From contig CM119379.1 in assembly GCA_051294905.1 (NCBI GenBank), positions 26,846,001-26,910,000 on the forward strand: a stretch of DNA of 64,000 nt. The letters run 5' to 3'. The notes beneath the pieces are model-generated. The model worked only from the letters and a program-made list of their open reading frames with translations, was not told the DNA's origin and did not search any database. Position numbers and translations under genes: made by a program. Below are positions 12,278 to 23,083 of the stretch, piece by piece; positions within the stretch are counted from its first letter, which is position 1, and each line of letters starts with the position of its first letter. Source of the DNA: Botryllus schlosseri. Lineage: Eukaryota.

Positions 12278-13574
12278 TTGCGTCTAGTCGAATCTTTTAC
12301 AAGTCTACGTCTTTTATACAAAGTTACAAATGTGGTTGTGCCTCTGCGTGCGTACCCATTGCCCATTCCCACTCTATAACAAGAACCCCAAACACACACC
12401 CCTTCTATTTATCAGGAATTAAAATATGTAGAAGTCAACTCACGCGATAATACAATAATGACAGCCTTCTGGCTCGTGAGAAGAATTCTCTTCGCGAAGA
12501 CCAACAGTCGCGTGCATTGACTTGCTCGCTACCTCGCACGCGTCGCTTGCTTGAGGGTTTCATTTCAGCCGGTCGCATTATTCTCATAAAAACAATTCTC
12601 GGAAAGTAGCGCAATGTGTGAATTTTAACGTGCCTCACGCTAATCTCACTAAGAAAGCCACTGAAAACGAAGGTTATTTCTAGTAAATCGAACTTTACGA
12701 GGGTGACACTACAAAGCCAAGGTTTACACTAAGAATAAACGACATAAGTTAGTCAATGCAGATGTAAATACTCGTGTACAAGTGCGAATGCTGAATCGCC
12801 GGATAGCTGCTGCAAATCACGTTCTAAATATAGCAGAGCGAAGCTTTGTAACGCGAGTAACTGAAGACTGTTGCACAATGCACATTCACAATGCGCGATT
12901 GTGATATAACAATGTTCCGATTTGGAGATGCCTTTGCCTTTGTCTGAGGCAACGCGCGAAACCTGTGAACTTCGCAATCACGCCGATTCAGTTGCATCGT
13001 ACAATTCGTAGATATCTTGCCCATGAAATATATAATTTGCTTGTTTATGGTCCACAGTTGTCTGCAGTTGTAAATGAGAGCTTCCGAATCACCGCGATAT
13101 GCGTGACAAGCCCGAGTTACTTGTTTCGAGCAGTCGTGAAGCAATCTCCGTGATAAGAAAGTGGAGATATCACGCAACGTTGTCACGGTCGTGTGCGCGA
13201 TCAAAATAACAAGGCAGTCGAGTCTGATGGCAATCACTTGCGGCAATGTGCAATGAATCTTCACAAAAGTCGAAGCAAAGCTGCAATCCTACCCTAAGAA
13301 ACAGCAGGCGTTCTGTAGTCCAGCTATCTTCATTTACACTAGCATTAACCAAACAATACCATAGCATACAGTTCCTAGCACGAAAAATGAATCAGGGATT
13401 AATTACATTGCAAAGAACACTTTTAACGGTAAATAGCAAAATAGCTACAAGGTTTGGGTTGAGTATTTACGCGTCTCGGCAGATGTCGCAATGAGTTCAA
13501 CGAATCCGTTTCCAAACGAGAGAATGAACGCAGATTACTTAACGAGTGAGAGGAGAGAGTTTAAACTCAGCGCT

Positions 13575-13612
13575 TATAAAAGCTCCTGCTCCGCGTTTGG
13601 CTTCATATCACT
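13575..13612 (+). promoter_or_regulatory. Putative TATA + Inr core promoter of the + strand RASL11-like gene
   Basis: TATAAAAG at 13575-13582 and TTCATAT with its A at 13605, exactly 30 nt downstream. The ATG at 13692 is in a strong Kozak context (GAAATGG). Confidence 0.55.
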
Positions 13613-13691
13613 CATGCGCACGTATAACTAGAGTACCAGCTTTCAACGAAGTTTCATTGAAACCGATTTAGCGAGCAATCCAAATGAAGAA

Positions 13692-16600
13692 ATGGTTTTG
13701 AACTGCAGTCAAGAGCCGGTGTGGACAGGTAAAGCAAGATACGTAACGCCAGAAACTCTATCAGAATACGCCCTTAATACGTCTAAACCGAGAAAAGTCG
13801 AAATGGCAGCGTCAAGCATCTACGGAACGTTGCCCCGAGCACCAAAATATCACCGACGGCAAATGAGCGAAGCGGCCATCCCCGTGAAATATCTGACAGA
13901 CCCGGGCAAGCCGAGCGCCACCAAAGAACGAAAGAAGTCTTTCTTGGTCGGACTTAAAAAGAAAATCAGATACGCAGTCGACGGAAAACCAAAGTTGAAT
14001 GGGTCAAGAAGCGATGACATGTGTGGAAGTACGGGGAGTTTATATCACGAAAAAACGCCAATCTCAACTCACAGTGGTCGCAGTAAAGACGATGTCTTCC
14101 GCGCGTACCCTGAAAGCTCATCGCCAAACTCTTCGGCCCCTTCGAGCCCCGAAAGCCGGAGGTCCAGTTTTTCGAGCAAACGCGCGAGAAGGAGCAAAGC
14201 TCGGAGTCACAACACAAACAGAGACAGTTTTGGGAGTATAAGTCCAGAGGAAACTGCAAAGAAATCGAGTGGCACCAACGTGCTCATCGTCGGGGGAGAA
14301 GGTGTCGGAAAATCAGGTTTGTACATTTTATTGCTTTTGGTTTACGAGAATACAGAGACAGGTCGTAAATAATATAATGCCTCTTTATGGGGGTAGTGAA
14401 TATTTTGATGACCTCTTTAGAAATATGCCCCGGAAATGGTGTAGATTCGAAAATTTGATATTCGATCGCTTTCGGGATTATGTCTGCTTTAAATTTGAGA
14501 ATTTGAAAGCATTATAGTTTCCTGTATGAAGAATCATATTCGCGCAAAATTAGCTTAGCGTGAGAGAGAATTTTTCCGAAGAGTCCAATTGTTGATGGCG
14601 AGAAATTTGCGAAATGCGAAATTCTCTGAATCGCCAGAGTTTCTCCCGTTACGGAGATCTAGTTTTGCACACAAACAATTCGACGGCTCATCCGCGACTG
14701 TATAAATCGGATTATTGTGCGTGAAAAGCAAGAGTATTTTTGTCAACAATGTGAAAAGCTGACGAGGTTTTAAATGTCGTGAAAAAAACTCAAATTTTCA
14801 AAACGTGATCTATTCAAAAGATATTAGTTTTGCGGCTTCGACATCTTATTTTAAAATTAGCGTCGTGTCTCAGATTTATATTGCTAAACTGCCACGATGG
14901 AGTTTTTAATCTCCTTGTGTACTTTGTACTATATAGTGCTGAATGCTAACGAATAGCGCAGTAAATAGAATTCTTATTCTATGATTCTCACACCTTTAGA
15001 AGTCGATGCTTATCGCGATAGTGACGTTGTTGGGAACAATTTCGTGCCGCCTCGACATTTCTAGCGGCTGATAAAATCATAGAGGCGTATCATTAGAATC
15101 GGGCCAACATTTATTTGTCTAAGAGTCCCCAAATTCTGGTAAGCCGTCTAAAATCCAACTACGTAAAGCATCTCACGATACGTTGCGTGCGAAAGGTCGA
15201 GAACGCTCTCTATAGTCTGCGAATTAAATATAGAACTCTCGATTGTGGCGAGAGGGTTAATATCGACTAGTAGTCTATCGCGGAACATGATTCGAAGCGA
15301 AACGATGAATCTGGTGATGGCACGGAAGGTAGCTAGCAAAGAAGATTTAAATTCTATTCTAGACTTTGCATCACTGTGTGTTACAAAAACAAGAAATACA
15401 TTGTGTACGAAAAGCTAATCCAGATTTTTTCCTTTGCAGCACTCACAGTGAGATTCCTAACGAAACGATACATCGGCGAATACGCTCCTGAAATCGGTGA
15501 GTTATATTTCACAGATTCATTGCTACTCTAATTACATCTCTCGTCACCAAATTCCCGAAATACCTACGAGTTACTGCTGCCTGATAAGAAACAGTTGGGA
15601 ATTCCGAATGTCAACATTTCGTTTATTGAATAAATGATTCATCGAACCAGCCGCTTATTAAGCGCCCGCATAACTTTGAGACCACGGGATTGTTTGCTCA
15701 CGCATATTTTAAGGATTTCTTCACTGAAATTATGGGATAAAATATACAGTTCTAAACCGTGACTTTTTATGTTACAGAATCGGTTTACGACCAGACGATA
15801 AATCTCGAAGGAAAAGATGTCAACGTTAACATCTGGGACTCCGCGATACCTGAAATTCATCAGGTAAATTGGATTTTATTTGAAAAGAATTCCGACAGTC
15901 TAATATTGGTACATATAAAATGGATATATTATTCAATTGTATACTGAGGTTCTGTACTTCCAAGAGTCTTTATATATAAATAAAAATCGGGATGATTGCC
16001 AAATATAAACCTGTAATTCTAGTGGTGCTGGGCTGATACTCCAATACATTACATGATTACATTATTGAAAGCAACTTCTCACTTTCGACGCGGTTTCGGT
16101 ACGAGTAGACAACTTTGACACTTTCGGTATTTCGAGATGTTTTGTCCGTAAAGGCTGTTATTTGCGCGAATCACGATCGGTTTTTATCAGATGGCTGCTG
16201 TACAACTGCGAATCTCAACGCAAATAAGAACAGCTTCAAGGCGATAGACAAAGACCTTAAAAATACCCGCCGCGCTCGATGACTAACACGCGCGGAATGC
16301 GATACCAACTCTCTCTTGAAGGGTATGCGACTAGCACGCATCGCAACGAGGGTTAAAACCATACAAGAGATTATCTGTGTAACGTAAACTAGTCCCCTCT
16401 GACAAGCGCTGAAAGTTCGCGTGCAAAGTATAGAGATTCGCGAAAGCGATAAAGATTCCTTAGAACAGTCCGGACTGTGAAAAATTTGAAACGTGACTGA
16501 TAAAAGGGACTGTTGTAGGTTCACGGAACTTCCGTATGCAATTGAATACTATTCATTTTGATAGATATATATTGAAATAAACCCGAATATTTTCGGTTGA

Positions 16601-17314
16601 CACTCGTCAGCAACTAGTAGAGAATTGAAAAGAACATTGTATATTAACAATTCTTTCTAATTCTCTTTTCTAATAAAGATAGATGAAAAACAAGCAGTCA
16701 AACTTATCCATTCATCTCTTTTCCAGACTTCAGTCGAACACGAAGAATCCACGAACCTCACCCACTCTCCATCACTGCATTCCGTGACTTCATCTTCTGA
16801 TTCTTGTCATGTGAACAACCGATATTCGAGCGGCAGTTTCGAAGACGAATCCGCTCACGGTCTGTCGAGGAAAAACCGGCTCCGAAAAACCATCAACAAA
16901 ACTATCCGGAGGTTTAGATCCGGAGAAGGGAGCGATACAGACGACGACTCACATCCGCTCACCGAAGCAGAACGCAGACTGAGATGGGCTGATGGATTGG
17001 TTGTAGTTTACAGCATCTGTGATCCAAACTCTTATAAAGCAGCGTGTGATGTCATACGTTACGTCAGAGACACTGAATTCGCAGAGCTCAACCACATTCC
17101 AATCTTATTGCTTGGCAACAAAGCGGACTTACATCACAGGCGATTAGTCGACACTAATGAAGCGAGGGTCGCGGCTTTACAATCTCGTTGCGCTTTTACG
17201 GAGATATCAGTATCGGAAGGATACGAGCCTGTCTCGAACGCCATGAAAGATCATATCAAGACGATACGGAATGCTGCAAAATCGCGATCGAAATCGCGAA
17301 AAATCAGATCATGA
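13692..17314 (+). CDS. RASL11-like: RASL11/RASL12/RERG-family atypical Ras-like GTPase, paralog A, 451 aa; exons 13692-14316, 15440-15496, 15778-15863, 16727-17314
   Basis: G1 VLIVGGEGVGKS|A, then ALTVRFLTKRYIGEYAPEI|E, ESVYDQTINLEGKDVNVNIWDSAIPEIHQ, RWADGLVVVYSI, G4 GNKAD, G5 region EISVSEGY (human RASL11B has EVSVSENY, from memory). Introns are GT-AG with phases 1,1,0. Exon total is 1356 nt = 452 codons including the stop. No CAAX box. Confidence 0.92.
16540..16680 (+). mobile_element. Partial long-palindrome MITE in intron 3 of paralog A
   Basis: CAATTGAATAT...GAAATAAACCCGAATATTTTCGGTTGACACTCGTCAGCAACTAGTAGAGAATTG matches the family at 34875-35225. Confidence 0.75.
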
Positions 17315-20300
17315 ACCGCGATCGATACTACGTGACAATACTGTGAATTTTTGGTTAAAAACCTCTCGTTTTCAAGCGTTCGCTTTTTGAACACTTGCAA
17401 AGTTCCTAGTTCCTAGTAGTGTGCTGTAATTTATGACGACAGTATCGTGAGATCAAGTTTAGAAATTAGTTCTCCGTAGTCAACCTTTTGCGACACGAAT
17501 TCCAATTCGGAATGCTTGCGACTCGACTTCGATTTGTTGTCGGATAATAACCCGGGTGCATTTTGCTTTATTGCTCGACAAACGGACGGTCATCTTGCCT
17601 GAGTTGCTTTTTAACTGCTTTACTTCATTTTCTTGTTCTTTCACTTCGTTTTTTCTTCTTCTCGCGACCCGAATTTTCTATTGTGAAATAATAAAGCGTG
17701 TGGGTCGAAGATCCACTGTTCGATGATAATTTCGAATGTTTGGATGGCTGGATGATAGAGGAATGACAGTTGACGGTTAGACTATAGAGACTGTAGTCTA
17801 CAGTCCTACAGTCTCTATAGTTAGACGATATGAAAGGCTGATTTTGTTCAAAATTTAGTCTCAAGGCGGGCTTCAAGGCTTCAAATAGAGCTTCACATTC
17901 TTGTGACGAGACCGCTACCACGAAGGTTGTCGGTTAACAAAAGTCATCAGGCTCCGGTTGTTTTAGACAACTGTAGCAGCCACGCATTGTCTGCACGAGA
18001 GGATTCGCCTCGTGCCTACTCATAGTCAGCAATTAACAGCAACGTAGTAGTGTTTTGAACTACGAGATTGTTCACAGACCAGGTGTAGAAAACGGAGCAC
18101 ATTATGAAGGCTAACTGCGTTGTCAACTGATTTACGCGGGCTTCACGATCCCATCCATTAGTGTTGTTATCCTTATTTCGTGGGATATTGTAGGTCATGA
18201 GGGTCGGTATGGGTTAGAAAACCATAGCGTCCCCGATTTGTCTGTAGTCTGTACGAATGGATTCCTGTTATGCAATATACTCCTATAGCCACTTATGCTA
18301 CATTGAGGCACCTTTTAAAAGCGAAAGTGGGCCTGTTTGTAGTTAGGCTTGAAGCGAAGCCCTCGTTATAGCTGTCGCTATGGAAACATTCGATAGGAAT
18401 ACAATAGATTGTTGTTGAATTCAAACCTATTTATTAAGGACATTATAGAAAAAGATGAACTTCTCCGTGCACACCTTACCAACTGCCAGATAGTTATTTG
18501 CCAGATGCTCCCACGAGCCCATTGACTTAGCACTAGGCAGCTTTGCGACACCCATCACACCTCCTCTACGCCTGTGGCCTGAGTGCCTGGAATAATATTT
18601 GCTTTCATACGCGTCAATGTCAGGACATTTTATGATTGCTGTGTTGATCGGATGAATCTTCGTAACACCTGCGCTTGTGTTGTGCAGGAATATCAACATC
18701 AGCAGTGATAGGCTTACTTTCAAGACTAGGCTACGGAGGCCGTCTGTTGGATATTGCACGGAAAATTGTGCGGGAATGTGCGCAGAATTCACTCAGTAAT
18801 TTTGTGTTCGGACATTATGGGCTTCTCTAGTTGGCCTAAATGGGGCTGTATATGCCATTGTCTTGACCTCACATAGACTTATCTTAGCTAGCTACCACAA
18901 GAATATTGATTCTGACGGTTATGAACATTTGAAAACAAGTTAATAAATAAGTTAGGAATTAAGTTCAAAAATTCAGAATTAATCTGGAAGCCACATCATA
19001 TCATCAAAAGAGCCGTATATGACTCGCAAGCCTTAGGTTTCAGACTCCTGGTATAGAGTGTGGGCCATACCAGAAAAATCCGCCAGACAGCAAACACCGC
19101 GTTGACCAGCATGGCATTCAAAACAAGACATTTGAAGGCGAAATAATACGACAGTGTCCCCGTTGTCGGTTCACAGGCGAGACATCACATCCGGCGATGG
19201 ACGAGACCATGAAACGGACACGCCTTCTATTGCAAACAATCGCGACGCGCGCTATCGAATGTAAATTGACTTCATCAGCATGACAATTTAGCCACACCGG
19301 CCGAGAGTCGGTGGTCAACAATAGAAAGAGATATATCTCAGCGGATCGCCCGACATTTGAGCATGCGACACAATGAAAAATGACATTTGAGCATGCGGCG
19401 CAACGAAAAACGACGAATGAACAGAAGGCGCACTAATTCAACATGTGTCACTTCAGCCTGTGACATTATAACCCACAACTAACTCAAACAGCAACCCTTC
19501 CCCAAAAATTGAGGCTTACATGAACCCTAGCACTAATCTAGCTCTAATCTCAACAGTAACCAGGCCTAACTTTAACACGCGTTCTCAAGTGTCTCTTGCT
19601 ATTATGTCTCATGCGCATAAGGTCATGGACCGTCTCAGTTAATGTACAACACGAAGTTACTATTTCATGACTTGTTCGGAATTAGTTCGGGAATAGTTCG
19701 CGACTAGTTCGGGACCAGTTCAGTTGTGCAATGCCAGGTATTGCTGATAGCAGACGGGAAAACATATATGACTGAGTGGTTTAATTCCGGAACAAGACGC
19801 CTGTCATATGTGTAGTATAGTGCAGTGCATTGCCCAGTGCCCCCTGACAACTAAATGTCATCAAATGAGACGATCGACTTCTAACTATCTTCTAACACCA
19901 ACATAATCGCATAGTTCTAGCGTCATAGCAGGTATATTCTATAGTTAAATAGTGAGTTTGAATTACCGAAAATGCATAAAACGAGAGACACAGTCTGTGT
20001 AACGTATTTGTTAGAGAGAGAGCGGGACGCAATACCAAGAATCGAAAGGCCGAATGCTTTTCACGGGCATTCGTTGGTATTTTGTTTGTTTACGTGCCAT
20101 TTACGTCACTCGACGGGTCTACCACACTCATTCACAGCCGTTACTGAAGACAAATCCTATTATGATTTAATAATAACCCCAGACGCAAAACAATACCGCT
20201 GCAGCAACTCCAAATTCTTGAGATGTAACCCGATCAAGTCATCTAGGATGTATGCGTGTGATTCGTCATTTGATACCCTTCCCCGACTAACCCAAAACTA

Positions 20301-21489
20301 CCCGCCCTTTCCGGTGCAACTTCTAGTGCCAGTCGCTATGATAGCAACACAACAACTTCGAAGAAACACAATATCAAGTTGCATATTCTCCGGCACCTTT
20401 TGACCTAACTTCCGAGACAATACAGGCCTTATGAAATAGGTTTATAACAACAAAACATTTCCGAGTTAAAACAATGGCGAAAAATGCTGAACATCTGTTC
20501 AAAAAGATACTTTTTCGTGTGTTCGTGCACAATCGGGACCAGCATATAGATGATAAACATGGTTTGCTGGTTGGTTATCATTGTGGCGTGAATGAACACC
20601 ATCAGGAATTGTACACAGATATATCATGGGTTAATGAATATATCTCTACCATTTCAATGCACGCTGGTAAATAGTAAGTTTCTCATGTTGTTGTTGCCGC
20701 TGCTGAAATGATGTTGTCGATGGTCTGGTATAGAATAGAATAGAATTTGCATTTGGAAATGGCATGTTGAAAAAAACATTCTCAGCTGTACGCACCAGTT
20801 CCAATTATACATGACATCTGGTCCAAAGACGAATTGTAGGACTGTTCGTGACAAAACCGTACATGGAAAGCGTTTTTTCACGGGGTAAATATCATAGTAA
20901 GTTATGCATATATAGTTTATGAAGTATTTCGTAAACGCATATACGAATTTCTTCTGAAATGTCACGTCGAATTAGACGCGACGCGAGAAATATATCATGT
21001 ACGTCGCGACGGCCCAAGCCCTTCGCAAATAACTGTCCCATATTGATGATCTTCTCGGAGGTACAGAACTTCAATATACAATGGAATAATATATTGTCTC
21101 ATATTCTAACAGAATCACCTCACCACCATAATATCTGGTCATAATTGGGGCTCACACAAACGGAGTCAAAGTACAAAATCGTACGCATCTGAATTGAAGA
21201 TTGGTGACTATAGCCGATGTTCGTTTGTTGATCTACGCGCCTTTACATTCGGTAAATATGACTGTATATATATTCATGACCCACATTTAAAATTTCGTCT
21301 CAATTCCTAATGATACACAGCGACGATATTAAATCGTGTCGCATTTTAGAACATAGCGGCACCCATGTCCCTGCCGATGGAAACGTAAATGCATTTCTGC
21401 AATCCTATTGCGGGAATGACAGGAAGTCTTCGATGTTGCTATGCTGGTTAGTCTTACAACTTTCTATTTGGTGATACGATCGTTGGCAT

Positions 21490-21873
21490 TAGGGTTGCAT
21501 TTAAAACAAATAGTTGTTTAAAACAACCACAACAAATGGTGTTTTAAACAAAGCACTTTAAAAAAATGTGTTCTTTGTAAGTTTTATAAATATGCCATAA
21601 TTGTGTAAAACTTTCCAAAAACATGTTGTATGTATGTACGGACGATTATTACCCGATATAGCCGACTTATACAATATGGGATGGTTGGAACCCTCAAAAT
21701 AGTGGGTTCAACTGCCATAGAACGTAGATATTTCGTCAATGGAGCTTCTTAACCCTATATTTTCAATTGCCAATCTCAATCCACTATGACGTCACAACTG
21801 AATATGCGTGACGTCATGGCTTCAAAAAAATAGTATACTTGTTTTAAACATGTTTGTTTTAAATGCAACCCTA
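21490..21873. mobile_element. hAT-type MITE (TAGGG ends)
   Basis: Perfect 20-bp TIR TAGGGTTGCATTTAAAACAA. TSD GTTGGCAT / GTTGGTAT (7/8). Confidence 0.85.
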
Positions 21874-22827
21874 GTTGGTATGAAAGGTTCCTTTCAATAC
21901 TCTATTACTTGATGACGATTACCCCTGAGGAGTGTCAGCCGAAAATATTTCGGGTTTATTGCATTATCAATATATTTTTCATTGTAAACGTTCTATTAGC
22001 CGAAATCTAGATACTATCATTGTCAAACCTTGACAGTTGAATCAAGATATTGCAACAAATCTGCAAGACGGACAAAAGCCTCGTGTTTAGTGACTCTCCG
22101 GCTGGCACTTGGGATGCGGTTTTTTCCTCTTTGAGATATCATCGCTCTTTGTGCTGTTCTGCATTTCGTGGATCATCAGAATTGAAGTTGCGGAGTTACG
22201 TAATACAAAAATCCCGTCTGCGACTGCTCGTGGAGATATTTCACACGATATGCGATTCGATGCGGCCCTCGAGTATGACAAAGGTGTGACCACGACGACA
22301 GGCGTGTGGCCGATACCGTTGTCGGGTCTCGCAGACATGAAAACGTTGCAGACATATTTTCATATATCATGAAGTACTACGATGCGTGGAGCTGGAGACG
22401 CATGCCTATGTGTAAAACTCGTCCGTAATCAGAATTGGACAACTAAAAGTTGCAAAAGTTGCACTAAAAGACCACATTTTGCTCGGTTGACTAAAAAAAA
22501 TGTCAATTTACCCGCTCAGCTCGCGAAATACCCGTACTTCGGTGCTGATTTACGGTGTTTCTGTCGAATTTGGCCGTGTATTTCACCAAAACCGAAAATA
22601 CTTTCATGAAAAATCGAAAAAGTCGCAAAATGTTGCAAAGAATTGCATGAAAAAAAAATGGACAAAAGTTACAAAAATTTGCACTATAAGATTGCTTCAA
22701 ACAGCTTGAAACAGCATTCTACATATCTTACGACTATTTAGGAAGCTGCCGGAAGCTGTAAAAAAAGTTGCAAAAACTTGCCCAACAAATTACATTAGAA
22801 TTGTAGGTACACAGGTCTTCTCCTAGT

Positions 22828-23083
22828 GGCGAGATAGCGTAGTGGTATAATCCACAGCTGCAACACCAATGGGTTGTGGGTTCGAGTTCGACTCCAGAAT
22901 TACTACCTAATTGGTGAAGTTGTTTCTAGGCTCATCCGCGTAAGCTGTGTCTTCCAAAAAGCCTAGAAGCGGGCCGTGCCACAAGTCGGCAGATACAGAA
23001 TCAAAAATAAGGAATATCGGCCTGGTGTAAATGACCATAGTAGTCGACAAACACCATGAATACCACAAACAGCAACAACAACA
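22828..23083 (+). mobile_element. tRNA-derived SINE with a (CAA)n tail, degenerate
   Basis: A box TAGCGTAGTGG, B box GGTTCGAG followed by a duplicated GTTCGA, no closed cloverleaf, and a CAGCAACAACAACA tail. Confidence 0.55.

Noticed and set aside
13966-14517. ORFs 13966-14259, 13999-14241 and 14269-14517
   Set aside because: Overlapping shadows of paralog A exon 1 and intron 1.
19670-19725. Four 11-bp repeats (AGTTCGGGAAT-like), and the GACTT arrays at 30828-31712, as possible CRISPR-like arrays
   Set aside because: Eukaryotic context, no unique spacers, and no cas genes. These are simple tandem repeats.
22828-22905. tRNA-like sequence (also 51167-51242)
   Set aside because: No closed acceptor stem or valid cloverleaf, and both continue into SINE bodies with simple-repeat tails. 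Called as SINE heads, not tRNA genes.
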